A DNA stretch of 48,369 nt from Terrimicrobiaceae bacterium (GCA_049317565.1 JBMOIA010000001.1:1-48369), one strand, 5' to 3'; shown: positions 16,148 through 25,128, numbered from the stretch's first letter. Program-made: numbers and translations. The notes: a model not told the origin generated them from the sequence alone.

Positions 16148-17479
16148 TTAGAGGCCGGTGGGGAAGGTCTCCTCGACCTCACCCGCCGTGCATAGCACCG
16201 AGCTTTCGAGCGGTTCGACCGCGCGGGTCGTGTCGATATGGAACACGGCGTCGAACTGTTCAGCCAGGGACGCGCTGAAGTAGTGGCTCCGGCGTTCAGT
16301 CTCGGGCTTGTAAACCACGCCGATGGCCCGCTCGAGCATCGGGCCGCGCAGCATGTCGGCAACAGCCGGGTGCTCGCGGAAATCCAGGTAGAACGCGGGC
16401 ATTTCCGAATGGTGGAATATCGCCTCGTAGCTCCTTGGAAGCGCGGGCCGCATTTCCCGGTGTTCCGCTGGACCGTCCCACTCGGAGGCTGCGGTGACGG
16501 TGCCCGAGTAGGTCGTGAAACCCACCGCGACCACCTCATCGCCGAAGCGCTCGCGGCAGAGTTGTCCGATGTTCAATTCGCCGCGCTGCGCCATCTCGGT
16601 CGCGTTCGCGTTGCCGATATGGGAATTGTGGGCCCAGATGACGATGCGGGATTTGTCGTGCAGGCGGTCAAGGTGGTCCATGAGGGCCAGCAGCGTGTCC
16701 ATCATGTGTCGGTCGCGGAGGTTCCAGGATTCTACATCTCCGCGCAGCATCGTGCGGTAGTATTTCTCCGCATTCGCGACGACGGTGGCGTTTTGCTGCG
16801 CTTGGAAAAAGTCCTCCTCCGCGGCCTCGCCGTCGAGGGCGAGGTAGGATGCGCGGCTGCGCCGCAGTTCCGCCAACGCGCCGACGACCTGGCGTTCGCA
16901 CCCGGCGGAAATGCCTGTGCCGGCCATGAGGCCGTAGCGGCGTGCATCGCCGCCGAAATGGTCGAAGCAGGCGTAACGCTGCATGCAATCGTGCGCCGCG
17001 GTCGGGTCGATGTGCGTCAGGTAATCAACCACCGCTTTCATGGATTCGTTGAGGCTGTAGATATCGAGGCCGTAGATGCCGCGACGCGAGGAGGGGCCGG
17101 TGATCGACGAGTTGTGGTCATGCAACCAGCCGGCGAAGTCGAGCATGTCGCTGTTGCGCCACATCCATTGCGGGAAACGCCGGAAGCCGGAGAGGGCATC
17201 GGAGGCGGTCGCGGGACCATCGAGGCCTTTGACGAATCGGTTCAGGTGCCAGGTATCCGGCCAATCGGCTTCCAAGGCGAGGGCGTGGAAGCCGAGTTCC
17301 GCGAACAGGCGCGCCGTGATCCGCGCGCGTGTTGAATAGAACTCGTGCGTGCCGTGGGTGGCCTCGCCGAGAAGGACGATGCGCGCTCCGGCGCAGCGCT
17401 CGAGGAGTGGATCGAAGTCGGCCGGCGACCCGTTCAGCGGGTGCGCGGCATGGCGTATGGTTTCGGGGTCAGGGTTCAT
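16148..17479 (-). CDS. erythromycin esterase family protein
   Basis: 443 aa. Blocks typical of the erythromycin-esterase/succinoglycan family are RIVLLGEATHGTHEFY, ALALEADWPD, FPQWMWRN and IVIWAHNSHIG. Confidence 0.8.
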   Translation of the reverse strand: MNPDPETIRHAAHPLNGSPADFDPLLERCAGARIVLLGEATHGTHEFYSTRARITARLFAELGFHALALEADWPDTWHLNRFVKGLDGPATASDALSGFRRFPQWMWRNSDMLDFAGWLHDHNSSITGPSSRRGIYGLDIYSLNESMKAVVDYLTHIDPTAAHDCMQRYACFDHFGGDARRYGLMAGTGISAGCERQVVGALAELRRSRASYLALDGEAAEEDFFQAQQNATVVANAEKYYRTMLRGDVESWNLRDRHMMDTLLALMDHLDRLHDKSRIVIWAHNSHIGNANATEMAQRGELNIGQLCRERFGDEVVAVGFTTYSGTVTAASEWDGPAEHREMRPALPRSYEAIFHHSEMPAFYLDFREHPAVADMLRGPMLERAIGVVYKPETERRSHYFSASLAEQFDAVFHIDTTRAVEPLESSVLCTAGEVEETFPTGL

Positions 17480-18141
17480 GCGTGGATTGGGCGGCGCAGT
17501 TTTGCGCCCGAGCGTAGAAGTTCGTAAACGGTGTCATCATCCGTCTGGGTGAAGTCGTCATACCATTGGCCGACGCCAAAGAAGTCGCCCGGCTGTATGA
17601 CCGCGACGAACTCGTCCACCAGGGGTTGCATTTCCCAGGCCACGGTGGGTGGAGCGGCAGGTGTGGCGACGACGATACGCTCCGCCTTTTGCTCGCGTAG
17701 AACCTGGATCGCGGCGCGCATGGTGGACCCGGTCGCAATCCCATCGTCCACGAGAATGACCGTCTGCCCCGCGACATGAAGCGGCGGGCGGTTTCCGCGG
17801 TAGAGCGCCTCGCGGCGCATGAGTTCCAGCGTTTCGCGGCGTTCCACCTCATCGAGAACCTCCGGGGTGATACGCAGGCTTTCGATAACGGCGCGGTTGA
17901 GGAAGCGGACGCCTCCACTGGCCACCGCGCCCATTGCGAGTTCCTCGTTGCCCGGCACACCGAGTTTCCGCACGAGCATCACATCGAGCGGAGCGCCGAG
18001 CGCACGCGCGACCTCATGGCCGACGGGAACGCCGCCGCGCGGCAGCGCGAGCACGACCACATCCGGTCGGTGCGCGTATTTTGAAAGTTTTCCGGAAAGG
18101 ATGCGTCCGGCTTCACGGCGGTTTTTGAATCTTCCGTTCAT
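17476..18141 (-). CDS. phosphoribosyltransferase family protein
   Basis: I chose the internal ATG at 18141 (MNGRFKNRREAG...), giving 221 aa. The PRPP-binding loop is VILVDDGIATGSTMRAA, and LALPRGGVPVG is also present. The stop overlaps the esterase start (ATGA). Confidence 0.8.
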   Translation of the reverse strand: MNGRFKNRREAGRILSGKLSKYAHRPDVVVLALPRGGVPVGHEVARALGAPLDVMLVRKLGVPGNEELAMGAVASGGVRFLNRAVIESLRITPEVLDEVERRETLELMRREALYRGNRPPLHVAGQTVILVDDGIATGSTMRAAIQVLREQKAERIVVATPAAPPTVAWEMQPLVDEFVAVIQPGDFFGVGQWYDDFTQTDDDTVYELLRSGAKLRRPIHA

Positions 18142-18146
18142 AAGTA

Positions 18147-18875
18147 TCAAACAGCGGCTGCGGTTTCGGGTTCCTCCACCTTTGCGAGGTGGCGGCCGAA
18201 CCATTTCACGGCGAGGTCGGCGACTTTTTCCAAGGCCCCCGGCTCCTCGAAGAGGTGCGTGGCACCGGGGACGACGGCCAACCGCCGCGCGCAGCGCAGG
18301 TGGTCGCAGGCCTCCTCGTTCAGTTTCAGGACGGCCTCGTCGTTTCCCCCGACGATAAACAGGGTAGGGGCCTGCACGCGCGAGAGGTGCTCGTAGGCGA
18401 GGTCGGGACGCCCGCCGCGCGAAACGATGGCCGAAATCTCCCCGTTCAGCGCGGCTGCGGCGGCAATTGCAGCGGCTGCGCCTGTGCTGGCCCCGAAGTA
18501 GCCGATCGGGTTGCCGTTTTTGAAAGGGTGCTTTTGCACATAGCGCGTTGCCGCGATGAGGCGGCTGGTGAGGAATCCGATGTCGAAGCGGAAGCGGGCG
18601 TCCCCGGAATCCTCGATCTCCTCGTCTGTGGTCAACAGATCGAGCAGGAGTGTTCCGAATCCCGCCTCCGCGAGTTTCGAGGCGACGAAGCGGTTCCGCC
18701 GGCTATGTCGGCTGCTTCCGCTGCCGTGGGCGAAAATGACAATGCCTGAAGCTTCGGCCGGCATGGTCCAGACGCCCTCGATGTGGGCGGCTCCGGCCGG
18801 GATTTGGACGATCCCGGAGATGCCGTCTTCGGGATCACGCAGGGAATTTTTTTGTTTTTCGGGTGTGTGTCTCAT
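18147..18875 (-). CDS. dienelactone hydrolase / alpha-beta hydrolase family protein
   Basis: 242 aa. Motifs are VIFAHGSGSSRHSRRN, the nucleophile elbow GYFGASTGAAAA, FIVGGNDE and PGATHLFEEPGAL. It lies 5 nt upstream of the PRTase gene. Confidence 0.8.
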   Translation of the reverse strand: MRHTPEKQKNSLRDPEDGISGIVQIPAGAAHIEGVWTMPAEASGIVIFAHGSGSSRHSRRNRFVASKLAEAGFGTLLLDLLTTDEEIEDSGDARFRFDIGFLTSRLIAATRYVQKHPFKNGNPIGYFGASTGAAAAIAAAAALNGEISAIVSRGGRPDLAYEHLSRVQAPTLFIVGGNDEAVLKLNEEACDHLRCARRLAVVPGATHLFEEPGALEKVADLAVKWFGRHLAKVEEPETAAAV

Positions 18876-18967
18876 GGTGGTTTGTTTGGCGGCGGCGTGT
18901 TTCCGCCGCCGGAGTTAATCCACAGTTTTGGGCGACGCGGCGAAATGGGGTGAACTCCCTGCGGGGT

Positions 18968-19264
18968 TCAGGCGGCGAAGCCGAAGCGGTGGCGGACTTC
19001 CGCGTAATCAAGGCCGAGCGACGCGCCGATCAGGGCCGCCGAGTGGCGCTCCGCGGCAATGCGGACCATGCGGTCCGAAGCATGCGGTTCAAGGGCGATC
19101 CCGTCGTGTTTGATTTCCAGGATGCGGGATCCGGAGGCCAGAAGCCGGGCGAGGAAGGTCTCCGCCTCGACCGGATCGTCCGTGTGGTGGACATCGATGC
19201 GTTTGTTGTGCTCCGGGAACACGGTGTAGCTGATGGCGAATTTGGCGAGCATTTGGTGGTTCAT
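18968..19264 (-). CDS. small hypothetical protein (98 aa)
   Basis: This is the C-terminal, non-degenerate part of the 550-aa track ORF, starting at the ATG at 19264. Sequence is MNHQMLAKFAISYTVFPEHNKRIDVHHTDDPVEAETFLARLLASGSRILEIKHDGIALEPHASDRMVRIAAERHSAALIGASLGLDYAEVRHRFGFAA. The rest of that ORF is antisense to the regulator gene. Confidence 0.5.
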   Translation of the reverse strand: MNHQMLAKFAISYTVFPEHNKRIDVHHTDDPVEAETFLARLLASGSRILEIKHDGIALEPHASDRMVRIAAERHSAALIGASLGLDYAEVRHRFGFAA

Positions 19265-19382
19265 TTTTGGAGGGCCAACGAACCCGCATCCGCGGCGGGT
19301 GTCGCCTCGGGTGAACGCCCCATGGTTGTGCAAAGGGCGGCAGGGAATTGTCCCGCCCCGCGCCAGACGGCGCACCACCACG

Positions 19383-19682
19383 ATGAAACAACGCAAACGG
19401 AAAAAACCCGCCCCGGCCCCGCAGCATGGGCACGAATCCCGCGAGGACCGCGCCCGCACGGCGGCCGGAAAAACCGCCAACAGCAAAGTCCGCAGCGAGG
19501 GGCGCGCCCTTGCCGCACTCGCAAGAACAGGCCGGACCATGACCGCCGCAGAGGCGGCCGAGGCGCGTCGCCTTGCGGCGCTCGGATGGAATGCTCCCAT
19601 GCGCAAAACCCGAATTTTGTCGGAACAGCCCCCACACCCGTGCGGGAACCCCGGCAGCAACCCGAAAGGCGGGTCCGATTGA
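19383..19682 (+). CDS. possible small basic protein (99 aa)
   Basis: Internal ATG of the track ORF 19233..19682. Sequence is MKQRKRKKPAPAP...SEGRALAALARTGRTMTAAEAAEARRLAALGWNA.... The A-R-A...MT..E..E.AR.AA..W pattern resembles small KGG/stress-type or phage-type basic proteins. The evidence is weak. Confidence 0.3.
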   Translation: MKQRKRKKPAPAPQHGHESREDRARTAAGKTANSKVRSEGRALAALARTGRTMTAAEAAEARRLAALGWNAPMRKTRILSEQPPHPCGNPGSNPKGGSD

Positions 19683-19716
19683 GGACCGCCGCCGAACAAG
19701 CCACACCAACAATACA

Positions 19717-20503
19717 CATGCCAAAACTCCAACTCTCGAAGCGCCCTAAAGCCCGGGCGGAAAAACCCGCCAAATCCATCCATGCCGCCAAGGGGGGGCG
19801 CCACGCGCCACCCGCGCGGACTCCCTCCAAGCAGGTCGCGGTCGGCATCGCCGACGATCACACATTCATCCGCGAGGCGCTGCGCTCCGTTCTGTCCGCC
19901 GATGACTCCATCCGGGTCGTCGGGGAAGCGGAGAACGGGCGGAAGGCCGTCGAAATGGCGGTGGCCGAGCGGCCGGATGTGATCCTCATGGATATCGGGA
20001 TGCCGCGGCTCAACGGCATCGAGGCCGCGCGCCAGATCCGCCAGTCCGCCCCGGGCGTGCGGGTGGTGCTTTTGACCGCGTTCGGGAACGACAACTACAT
20101 CCAGCAGGTCGTCGACGGCGACATCGACGCCTACATCCTCAAGGATTCGCCCGCGAGCCTCGTCACGCACGCGATCCGCGAGGTGGCGGACGGGAAGCGT
20201 TTTTACAGTCCGGTCATCTCGCACCGCATCCGGCGCCTGGCCTCGAACGGTCCTCAGGGCACCGTGCAGAAGCCCGCGGTGAAGCTCACGAGCCGCGAAG
20301 TCGAGGTCCTGCAACTGATCTCCGAGGGCGCGGCCAACAAGCAGATCGCCGGCGAATTGGACATCAGCATCAAGACGGTCGAAAAACACCGCCAGAACCT
20401 GATGGACAAACTCCATATCCACGACACGGCAAGCCTCACGCGCTACGCGATCTCGTCTGGCGTGATCGACAACATGGTCCAGCTTCCGCTGCCGCTCGGT
20501 TAG
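19717..20503 (+). CDS. orphan NarL/FixJ-family response regulator with a basic N-terminal tail
   Basis: The receiver is VAVGIADDHTFIREAL, VILMDIGMPRLNG and AYILKDS. The HTH is LTSREVEVLQLISEGAANKQIAGELDISIKTVEKHRQNLMDKL. The nearest in-frame start upstream of the receiver is ATG 19717, which adds about 39 Lys/Arg/Pro-rich residues. Confidence 0.85.
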
Positions 20504-20528
20504 GGCATCCGGCGAACCGCTCCCCATC

Positions 20529-20574
20529 AACCGGCCGTCCAATGGGCGATGACCCCATGGCGGCCGGTTTTTTC
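20529..20574 (+). terminator. rho-independent terminator or attenuator after the orphan regulator
   Basis: AACCGGCCG (20529-20537) pairs with CGGCCGGTT (20561-20569) and is followed by a T-run to 20574. A GGAGG Shine-Dalgarno for the next gene follows. Confidence 0.6.
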
Positions 20575-20604
20575 GTGCCCGAATGTGCCGGCGGAGGAAA
20601 AACC

Positions 20605-22212
20605 ATGAATACACAAACAAAAATCAAGGCGGGCCGCCCATCCGCATTTCTGGTCCTGTGCGGCGCCATCGTCGCCTTGGCCGCTGCGGGAACATTCCTG
20701 TTCGCGCAGACGACCGGGACTACGACCACAACCGCCACGGGGCCGACCGTGCTGGTCCTTTACGACAACGAGGGTCAATACGGGTGGCTCGGGGAAATCT
20801 ACTCGGCGAAGCTGCAAAACCTGCTCGGGCACTTCGATGCCCGCGTGGTGCGCAAACCGCTCGCCCAATACGCGGCCGGCGATCTGGCCGCGCACGATGC
20901 GTCATTTTATGTCGCGTCGGTGTGGAACGAGACCCCGATGGCCGCGGCGTTGCAAAATGACATCAACGCCAGCACGCGACCGTTCGTTTGGGTCGGCGTG
21001 AACCTGTGGCGCTACGCGTGGGATTTGACCACCTATGCGCCGAAGCCGGCATTCGAGCAAAAATATGGATTCCGGCTGCTTTCCTATTCCGGCGAGCGTC
21101 ACGGGAAGGTCGTTTACAAGGACACCGAACTCGAGAAGGAGCAGTTCGACACCGGCCTGATGCGCTACGAGGTCACCGACCCGGCGAAGGCCGTGGTGCG
21201 TGCGACCTGCCTCGACGCGTCGGGGAAGCCGTGGCCCTACATTATCCAGAGCGGGAATTTCTGGGTGGTGGGCGACATGCCGATGATCTCGACCTCGTTC
21301 GAAAACCGCTCGCTCGCGTTCCAGGACCTGCTGCACGACATGCTCGGGATTTTCCACGAGGAGAAGCACCGGGCGTTTTTCCGCATCGAGGATGTGGCGC
21401 CGGTGGGCGATGTCACAGCTCTGAAGCAACTCGGCAATACGCTCGATTCGCTCGATGTGCCGTTCACGATCAGCATGATTCCGGAATACCGAGACTGGAG
21501 CGGCTACTACAACAACGGCGTGGCGCAGGCCGTGCGTTTCACGGCATCGAATCCCATCGCCAAGGAAATGAAGCGCTGGACCACATTCGGCGGCCAGGTG
21601 CTCCAGCACGGCACGACGCACCAGATCGATGGGTTGCTTAACCCCTACAACGGCGTGAGCGGCGACGATTATGAATTCTACCGCGTGACAGCGGACGAAT
21701 TTGGATTCCTCACGCTGGTGGGGCCGCTGGCGGGGGAGACCCGCTCGGGCACGCGTTCGCGCGTGGTCCGGGGTCAGAACATCCTCAAGAACGCGGGCTT
21801 CAACCCGGTCGGATGGCTTACGCCGCACTACCTCTCGTCGCCGCTCGGCTACCAGGTCTTTGCCGGCCTGTATCCGTTCGCGTGCGACCGCACGATCCTG
21901 TTCGTCAAGGACGCCGCAGGCAAAACCCAGGCGAGCGAGTTGAATGCTCCCTACATCTTCCGCGACACCTACGGGCTGAAACGCATTCCGGAAACGATCG
22001 GCTACATCGATCCGTTCGGGTGGTATGAATTGCAGCCGCCGAGCATGCCGGAAGACCTCATTCGGCGCGCGAAGGCGCTCAAGGTCGTGCGCGACGGCTG
22101 GGCGGGATTCTACTTCCATTGGTATCTCGATCCGGAGTTGCTGCGGCAAACTGTGCAGGGCTTGAAGGGCCTCGGCTATGAATTCACCACACTCAACGGG
22201 AACCTGAAATAA
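20605..22212 (+). CDS. DUF2334/YdaL-like polysaccharide-deacetylase-type protein, N-terminal signal anchor
   Basis: I chose the ATG at 20605, preceded by GGAGG, giving 535 aa. The hydrophobic N-terminus is AFLVLCGAIVALAAAGTFLFA, followed by a Thr-rich spacer. The core is RAFFRIEDVAPVGDVTALKQLGNTLDSLDVPFTISMIPEYRD and LQHGTTHQ. Confidence 0.6.
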   Translation: MNTQTKIKAGRPSAFLVLCGAIVALAAAGTFLFAQTTGTTTTTATGPTVLVLYDNEGQYGWLGEIYSAKLQNLLGHFDARVVRKPLAQYAAGDLAAHDASFYVASVWNETPMAAALQNDINASTRPFVWVGVNLWRYAWDLTTYAPKPAFEQKYGFRLLSYSGERHGKVVYKDTELEKEQFDTGLMRYEVTDPAKAVVRATCLDASGKPWPYIIQSGNFWVVGDMPMISTSFENRSLAFQDLLHDMLGIFHEEKHRAFFRIEDVAPVGDVTALKQLGNTLDSLDVPFTISMIPEYRDWSGYYNNGVAQAVRFTASNPIAKEMKRWTTFGGQVLQHGTTHQIDGLLNPYNGVSGDDYEFYRVTADEFGFLTLVGPLAGETRSGTRSRVVRGQNILKNAGFNPVGWLTPHYLSSPLGYQVFAGLYPFACDRTILFVKDAAGKTQASELNAPYIFRDTYGLKRIPETIGYIDPFGWYELQPPSMPEDLIRRAKALKVVRDGWAGFYFHWYLDPELLRQTVQGLKGLGYEFTTLNGNLK

Positions 22213-22218
22213 CAGCAC

Positions 22219-24060
22219 ATGTGCGGAATTGTTGGATACACGGGCGCCGCAGATGCCGTGCCGTTTCTGCTCGAGGGGTTGTCGCGGTTGGAATACCGCG
22301 GCTACGACTCGGCGGGCATCGCGGTGGTGCGTAACGGACGGCTCGAATGGCGCAAGGCGGTGGGGAATGTGTCGGCGCTGGCCGCCGAGGTGCGGGCGAA
22401 CCCGTTGCAGGGTTCGCCCGGCATAAGTCACACGCGCTGGGCGACGCACGGCGAAGTAACGATGGAGAACGCCCACCCCCACTTCGATGCGAGCGGGCGC
22501 CTGGCGCTTGTCCACAACGGCGTCGTGGAAAACCACAGGGAACTCCGCGCCGAACTCGAGGAGCGCGGCCACCGGTTTGTCTCGAAAACGGACAGCGAAG
22601 TGCTCGCGCGGCTGATCGGCGATGCCTTCGACGGAGGCGACGGCGACTCGTTGCGCGATGCCGTGGCTTCCTCGCTGTCGCGGGCGAAGGGGTCTTTTGC
22701 AGTCGGCGTTGTCCACGCCGATGCGGGAGGCGCGATGGTTGCCGCGCGGCGGGGAAGCCCATTGGTGGCGGGTTTTGGCGACTCGGGGCATTTTATTGCC
22801 AGCGATCCCGGCGCGCTCTCGGGCTGGGTGGGGGAGGTGGTTTACCTGGATGACGGCGAGGCCGCCCTCCTCGATGGGAAGGAATTCCGCGTCTCGCGCA
22901 TCTCGCCGGTGAACACCACGGTTTCGGTGGCCTCCGCCACACCGCGCGCCCCCGTGGAGCCGGGGCTGGGGGGCTTTTCCCATTATATGGAAAAGGAAAT
23001 CCACGAGCAGCCGGAATCGCTGCGCGAAGCCATGCGCGGGCGCCTCGATGTCGAGGAGGGAACCGCGCGGCTCGCCGGGTTCGGGTGCGCGCCGGAGGCG
23101 ATCCGTGCCTGGGAGGAATTGATCCTCGCCTCGTGCGGAAGTTCGTTCCACGCGGCACTGGCTGGAGAATACATCATCGAATCGCTGGCGCGCATCCCGG
23201 TGGAATGCGAATACGCGGGCGAGTTCCGCTACAGGAATTCACCGATGGAGGGCGGTGCCGCAGTCTTCGCGCTCAGCCAGAGCGGGGAAACAGCGGACAC
23301 GCTTGCCGCCGTGCGCGAAAGCCGCCGGCGCGGTTTTCCCGTTTTCGGCATCACGAACAACACGCGGAGTTCACTGGCGCGCGAAACGGCGGGCGGCATT
23401 GACCTGCGGGCGGGTCCCGAGATCGGCGTTGCGGCCACGAAAACATTCACTTCGCAGGTGACCATTCTTTGCATGCTGGGACTGATGCTTGGTCGCATGC
23501 GGGATATGGAGCGGAAGGAAGGGGAGGTTGTGCTCAAGGCGCTCTCGGGGTTGCCGGACCTGGTTGCGGCGACGCTACAGACCGGCGAAGCCGTCCGCGC
23601 CATCGCAGAAAAATACGCGCACTCACAATCGTTCCTATTTTTCGGGCGGCAGGCGCACTTTCCGGTTGCGCTCGAGGGAGCGCTGAAGCTCAAGGAGGTC
23701 AGTTACATTTCCACCTGCGCCCACCCGAGCGCGGAGCTGAAGCACGGGGTCATCGCTCTGGTCAACGAGTCCACGCCCAGCGTGTTCATTGCGCCACGCG
23801 ACGGCTTGTTCGAAAAAAATCTCGGCAATATCGAGGAGGTCCGCGCGCGCAGGGGGCCTGTGATCGCCATCGGAACGGAAGGCGACACCGAGTTGGGCTC
23901 GATCTGCGACGATGTTATTTTGGTTCCGGACGCACCGCCGTTCCTGGCGCCGATCCTGACAGTCGTTCCGCTGCAGCTTCTCGCCTACCATATCGCGGTC
24001 CTGCTCGGGTGCGATGTGGACAAGCCGCGGAACCTCGCCAAGAGCGTTACCGTGGAATAA
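22219..24060 (+). CDS. glmS: glutamine--fructose-6-phosphate aminotransferase (isomerising)
   Basis: 613 aa. It has the MCGIVGY N-terminal nucleophile, GISHTRWATHG, LVHNGVVENH, two SIS-domain blocks (ALSQSGETADTLAA and EGALKLKEVSYI), and the typical C-terminal ...NLAKSVTVE. Confidence 0.95.
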   Translation: MCGIVGYTGAADAVPFLLEGLSRLEYRGYDSAGIAVVRNGRLEWRKAVGNVSALAAEVRANPLQGSPGISHTRWATHGEVTMENAHPHFDASGRLALVHNGVVENHRELRAELEERGHRFVSKTDSEVLARLIGDAFDGGDGDSLRDAVASSLSRAKGSFAVGVVHADAGGAMVAARRGSPLVAGFGDSGHFIASDPGALSGWVGEVVYLDDGEAALLDGKEFRVSRISPVNTTVSVASATPRAPVEPGLGGFSHYMEKEIHEQPESLREAMRGRLDVEEGTARLAGFGCAPEAIRAWEELILASCGSSFHAALAGEYIIESLARIPVECEYAGEFRYRNSPMEGGAAVFALSQSGETADTLAAVRESRRRGFPVFGITNNTRSSLARETAGGIDLRAGPEIGVAATKTFTSQVTILCMLGLMLGRMRDMERKEGEVVLKALSGLPDLVAATLQTGEAVRAIAEKYAHSQSFLFFGRQAHFPVALEGALKLKEVSYISTCAHPSAELKHGVIALVNESTPSVFIAPRDGLFEKNLGNIEEVRARRGPVIAIGTEGDTELGSICDDVILVPDAPPFLAPILTVVPLQLLAYHIAVLLGCDVDKPRNLAKSVTVE

Positions 24061-24080
24061 GGGGAGGGGACGGAAAGGAT

Positions 24081-24116
24081 GGCGGCGCCCGCGTGATGCG
24101 GGCGCCGCCTTTTTTT
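24081..24116 (+). terminator. rho-independent terminator of glmS (between convergent genes)
   Basis: GGCGGCGCCCGC (24081-24092) pairs with GCGGGCGCCGCC (24098-24109), with a 5-nt loop, followed by T7. Confidence 0.85.
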
Positions 24117-25128
24117 ATTCTGTGATGACCCGCACGGGTGCGTCGCCGTAGCCGGTTTGGAGTTTGGTTTCATGCCACTTGAACAGCTTGCGGGCATCGG
24201 CAAATACATCGTCCGGGGTGCTGCCAAGTAGGACAATGATGATCTCGCTTCCGTTGTGTTTCGCGGAGGCGACCAGGCATTTCCCTCCCCAAAGGGTGAA
24301 ACCGCCCTTGAGCCCGTTGAAGTAGGACGGCCAGGACCACACCAGCGAATTTGTGTTTTCGAGAACCGTGTTGCGGCCGTCGCCGTATCGGAACGGGATC
24401 GCCCGCTGCGCGCTGAAGTGCCGTATGAGCGGATCGCGGTAGGCGTGGTAGGCGATGATGGCGGAATCGCGGGCCGTCGAGAATTGTCCTGCCTCGTCCA
24501 ATCCGTGCGGGTTGGTGAACCGCGAATTGCTTGCGCCGAGTTCCCGGGCTTTCGAGTTCATACGGTCGATAAAGCCGCTGTAGTAGCCGTTCCCGTTGCT
24601 GGCGAGGGCGCTGGCGGCGTCGTTCGCGCTGCTGACGAGCATTCCCGCAAGAAGGTCCATGCGGCGCTGTCGGGAATTCGGCGCGAGCCCGAGTTTCGTG
24701 GGCGGTTGCATGGCGTCGCGGAGTGTAATCGTGACCTCGCGGTCCAGGCCGCCCTGCTCGATCGCCACCATTGCCGTAAGGAGTTTTTGCGTGCTGGCGA
24801 CTGGCAGCCTCAGGTCGGGGTTTTTCTCGTAGAGGCTTTGGCCGGTGACCGCGTCGATGAGGATTGCGCTGCGTGCCATGATATCGGGCGCGCGCTGCGG
24901 GGCGTTTTCAGGGCGTAGCGGATCGGCGACCGACGCGGCGGGCACAAAGCCCGGTTCGACCGTCGAGTCGGGGCCGTCCGCGAGTGTGCAACCCCAAAGG
25001 GCGGCAGCCATTGCCGCTGCCATGCCGAATGCCGCGGGAATTCCGCGGGTTCGGGGGGAACGGTCTGCCTGCGTGCGCCATTGGCGCCATGGTTGTGTTT
25101 TCATTGCAGGGGCACGGAACCGCGTCAT
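24115..25128 (-). CDS. D-alanyl-D-alanine carboxypeptidase (serine peptidase S11 / PBP5-like), probable lipoprotein
   Basis: Motifs are the SxxK block ILIDAVTGQSLYEKNPDLRLPVASTQKLLTAMV and the SxN block VSSANDAA. A lipobox-like AALWGC is present. The start is ambiguous: ATG at 25128 or 25104, and the 385-aa track ORF start at 25272 is probably too long. Confidence 0.8.
   Translation of the reverse strand: MTRFRAPAMKTQPWRQWRTQADRSPRTRGIPAAFGMAAAMAAALWGCTLADGPDSTVEPGFVPAASVADPLRPENAPQRAPDIMARSAILIDAVTGQSLYEKNPDLRLPVASTQKLLTAMVAIEQGGLDREVTITLRDAMQPPTKLGLAPNSRQRRMDLLAGMLVSSANDAASALASNGNGYYSGFIDRMNSKARELGASNSRFTNPHGLDEAGQFSTARDSAIIAYHAYRDPLIRHFSAQRAIPFRYGDGRNTVLENTNSLVWSWPSYFNGLKGGFTLWGGKCLVASAKHNGSEIIIVLLGSTPDDVFADARKLFKWHETKLQTGYGDAPVRVITE

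Noticed and set aside
16148-17479. Erythromycin esterase as an acquired macrolide-resistance gene
   Set aside because: There is no mobile-element context, and the GC content is the same as the surroundings. The gene is translationally coupled to PRTase and hydrolase genes. The family includes many non-resistance members.
19233-19682. Full-length 149-aa ORF starting at 19233
   Set aside because: The first 50 residues overlap the divergent 98-aa gene start region and look non-coding. Only the part from ATG 19383 is retained, and that as a low-confidence call.
20902-23151. 749-aa minus-strand ORF antisense to the DUF2334 gene and glmS
   Set aside because: It is a shadow ORF. The glmS identity on the plus strand is unambiguous.
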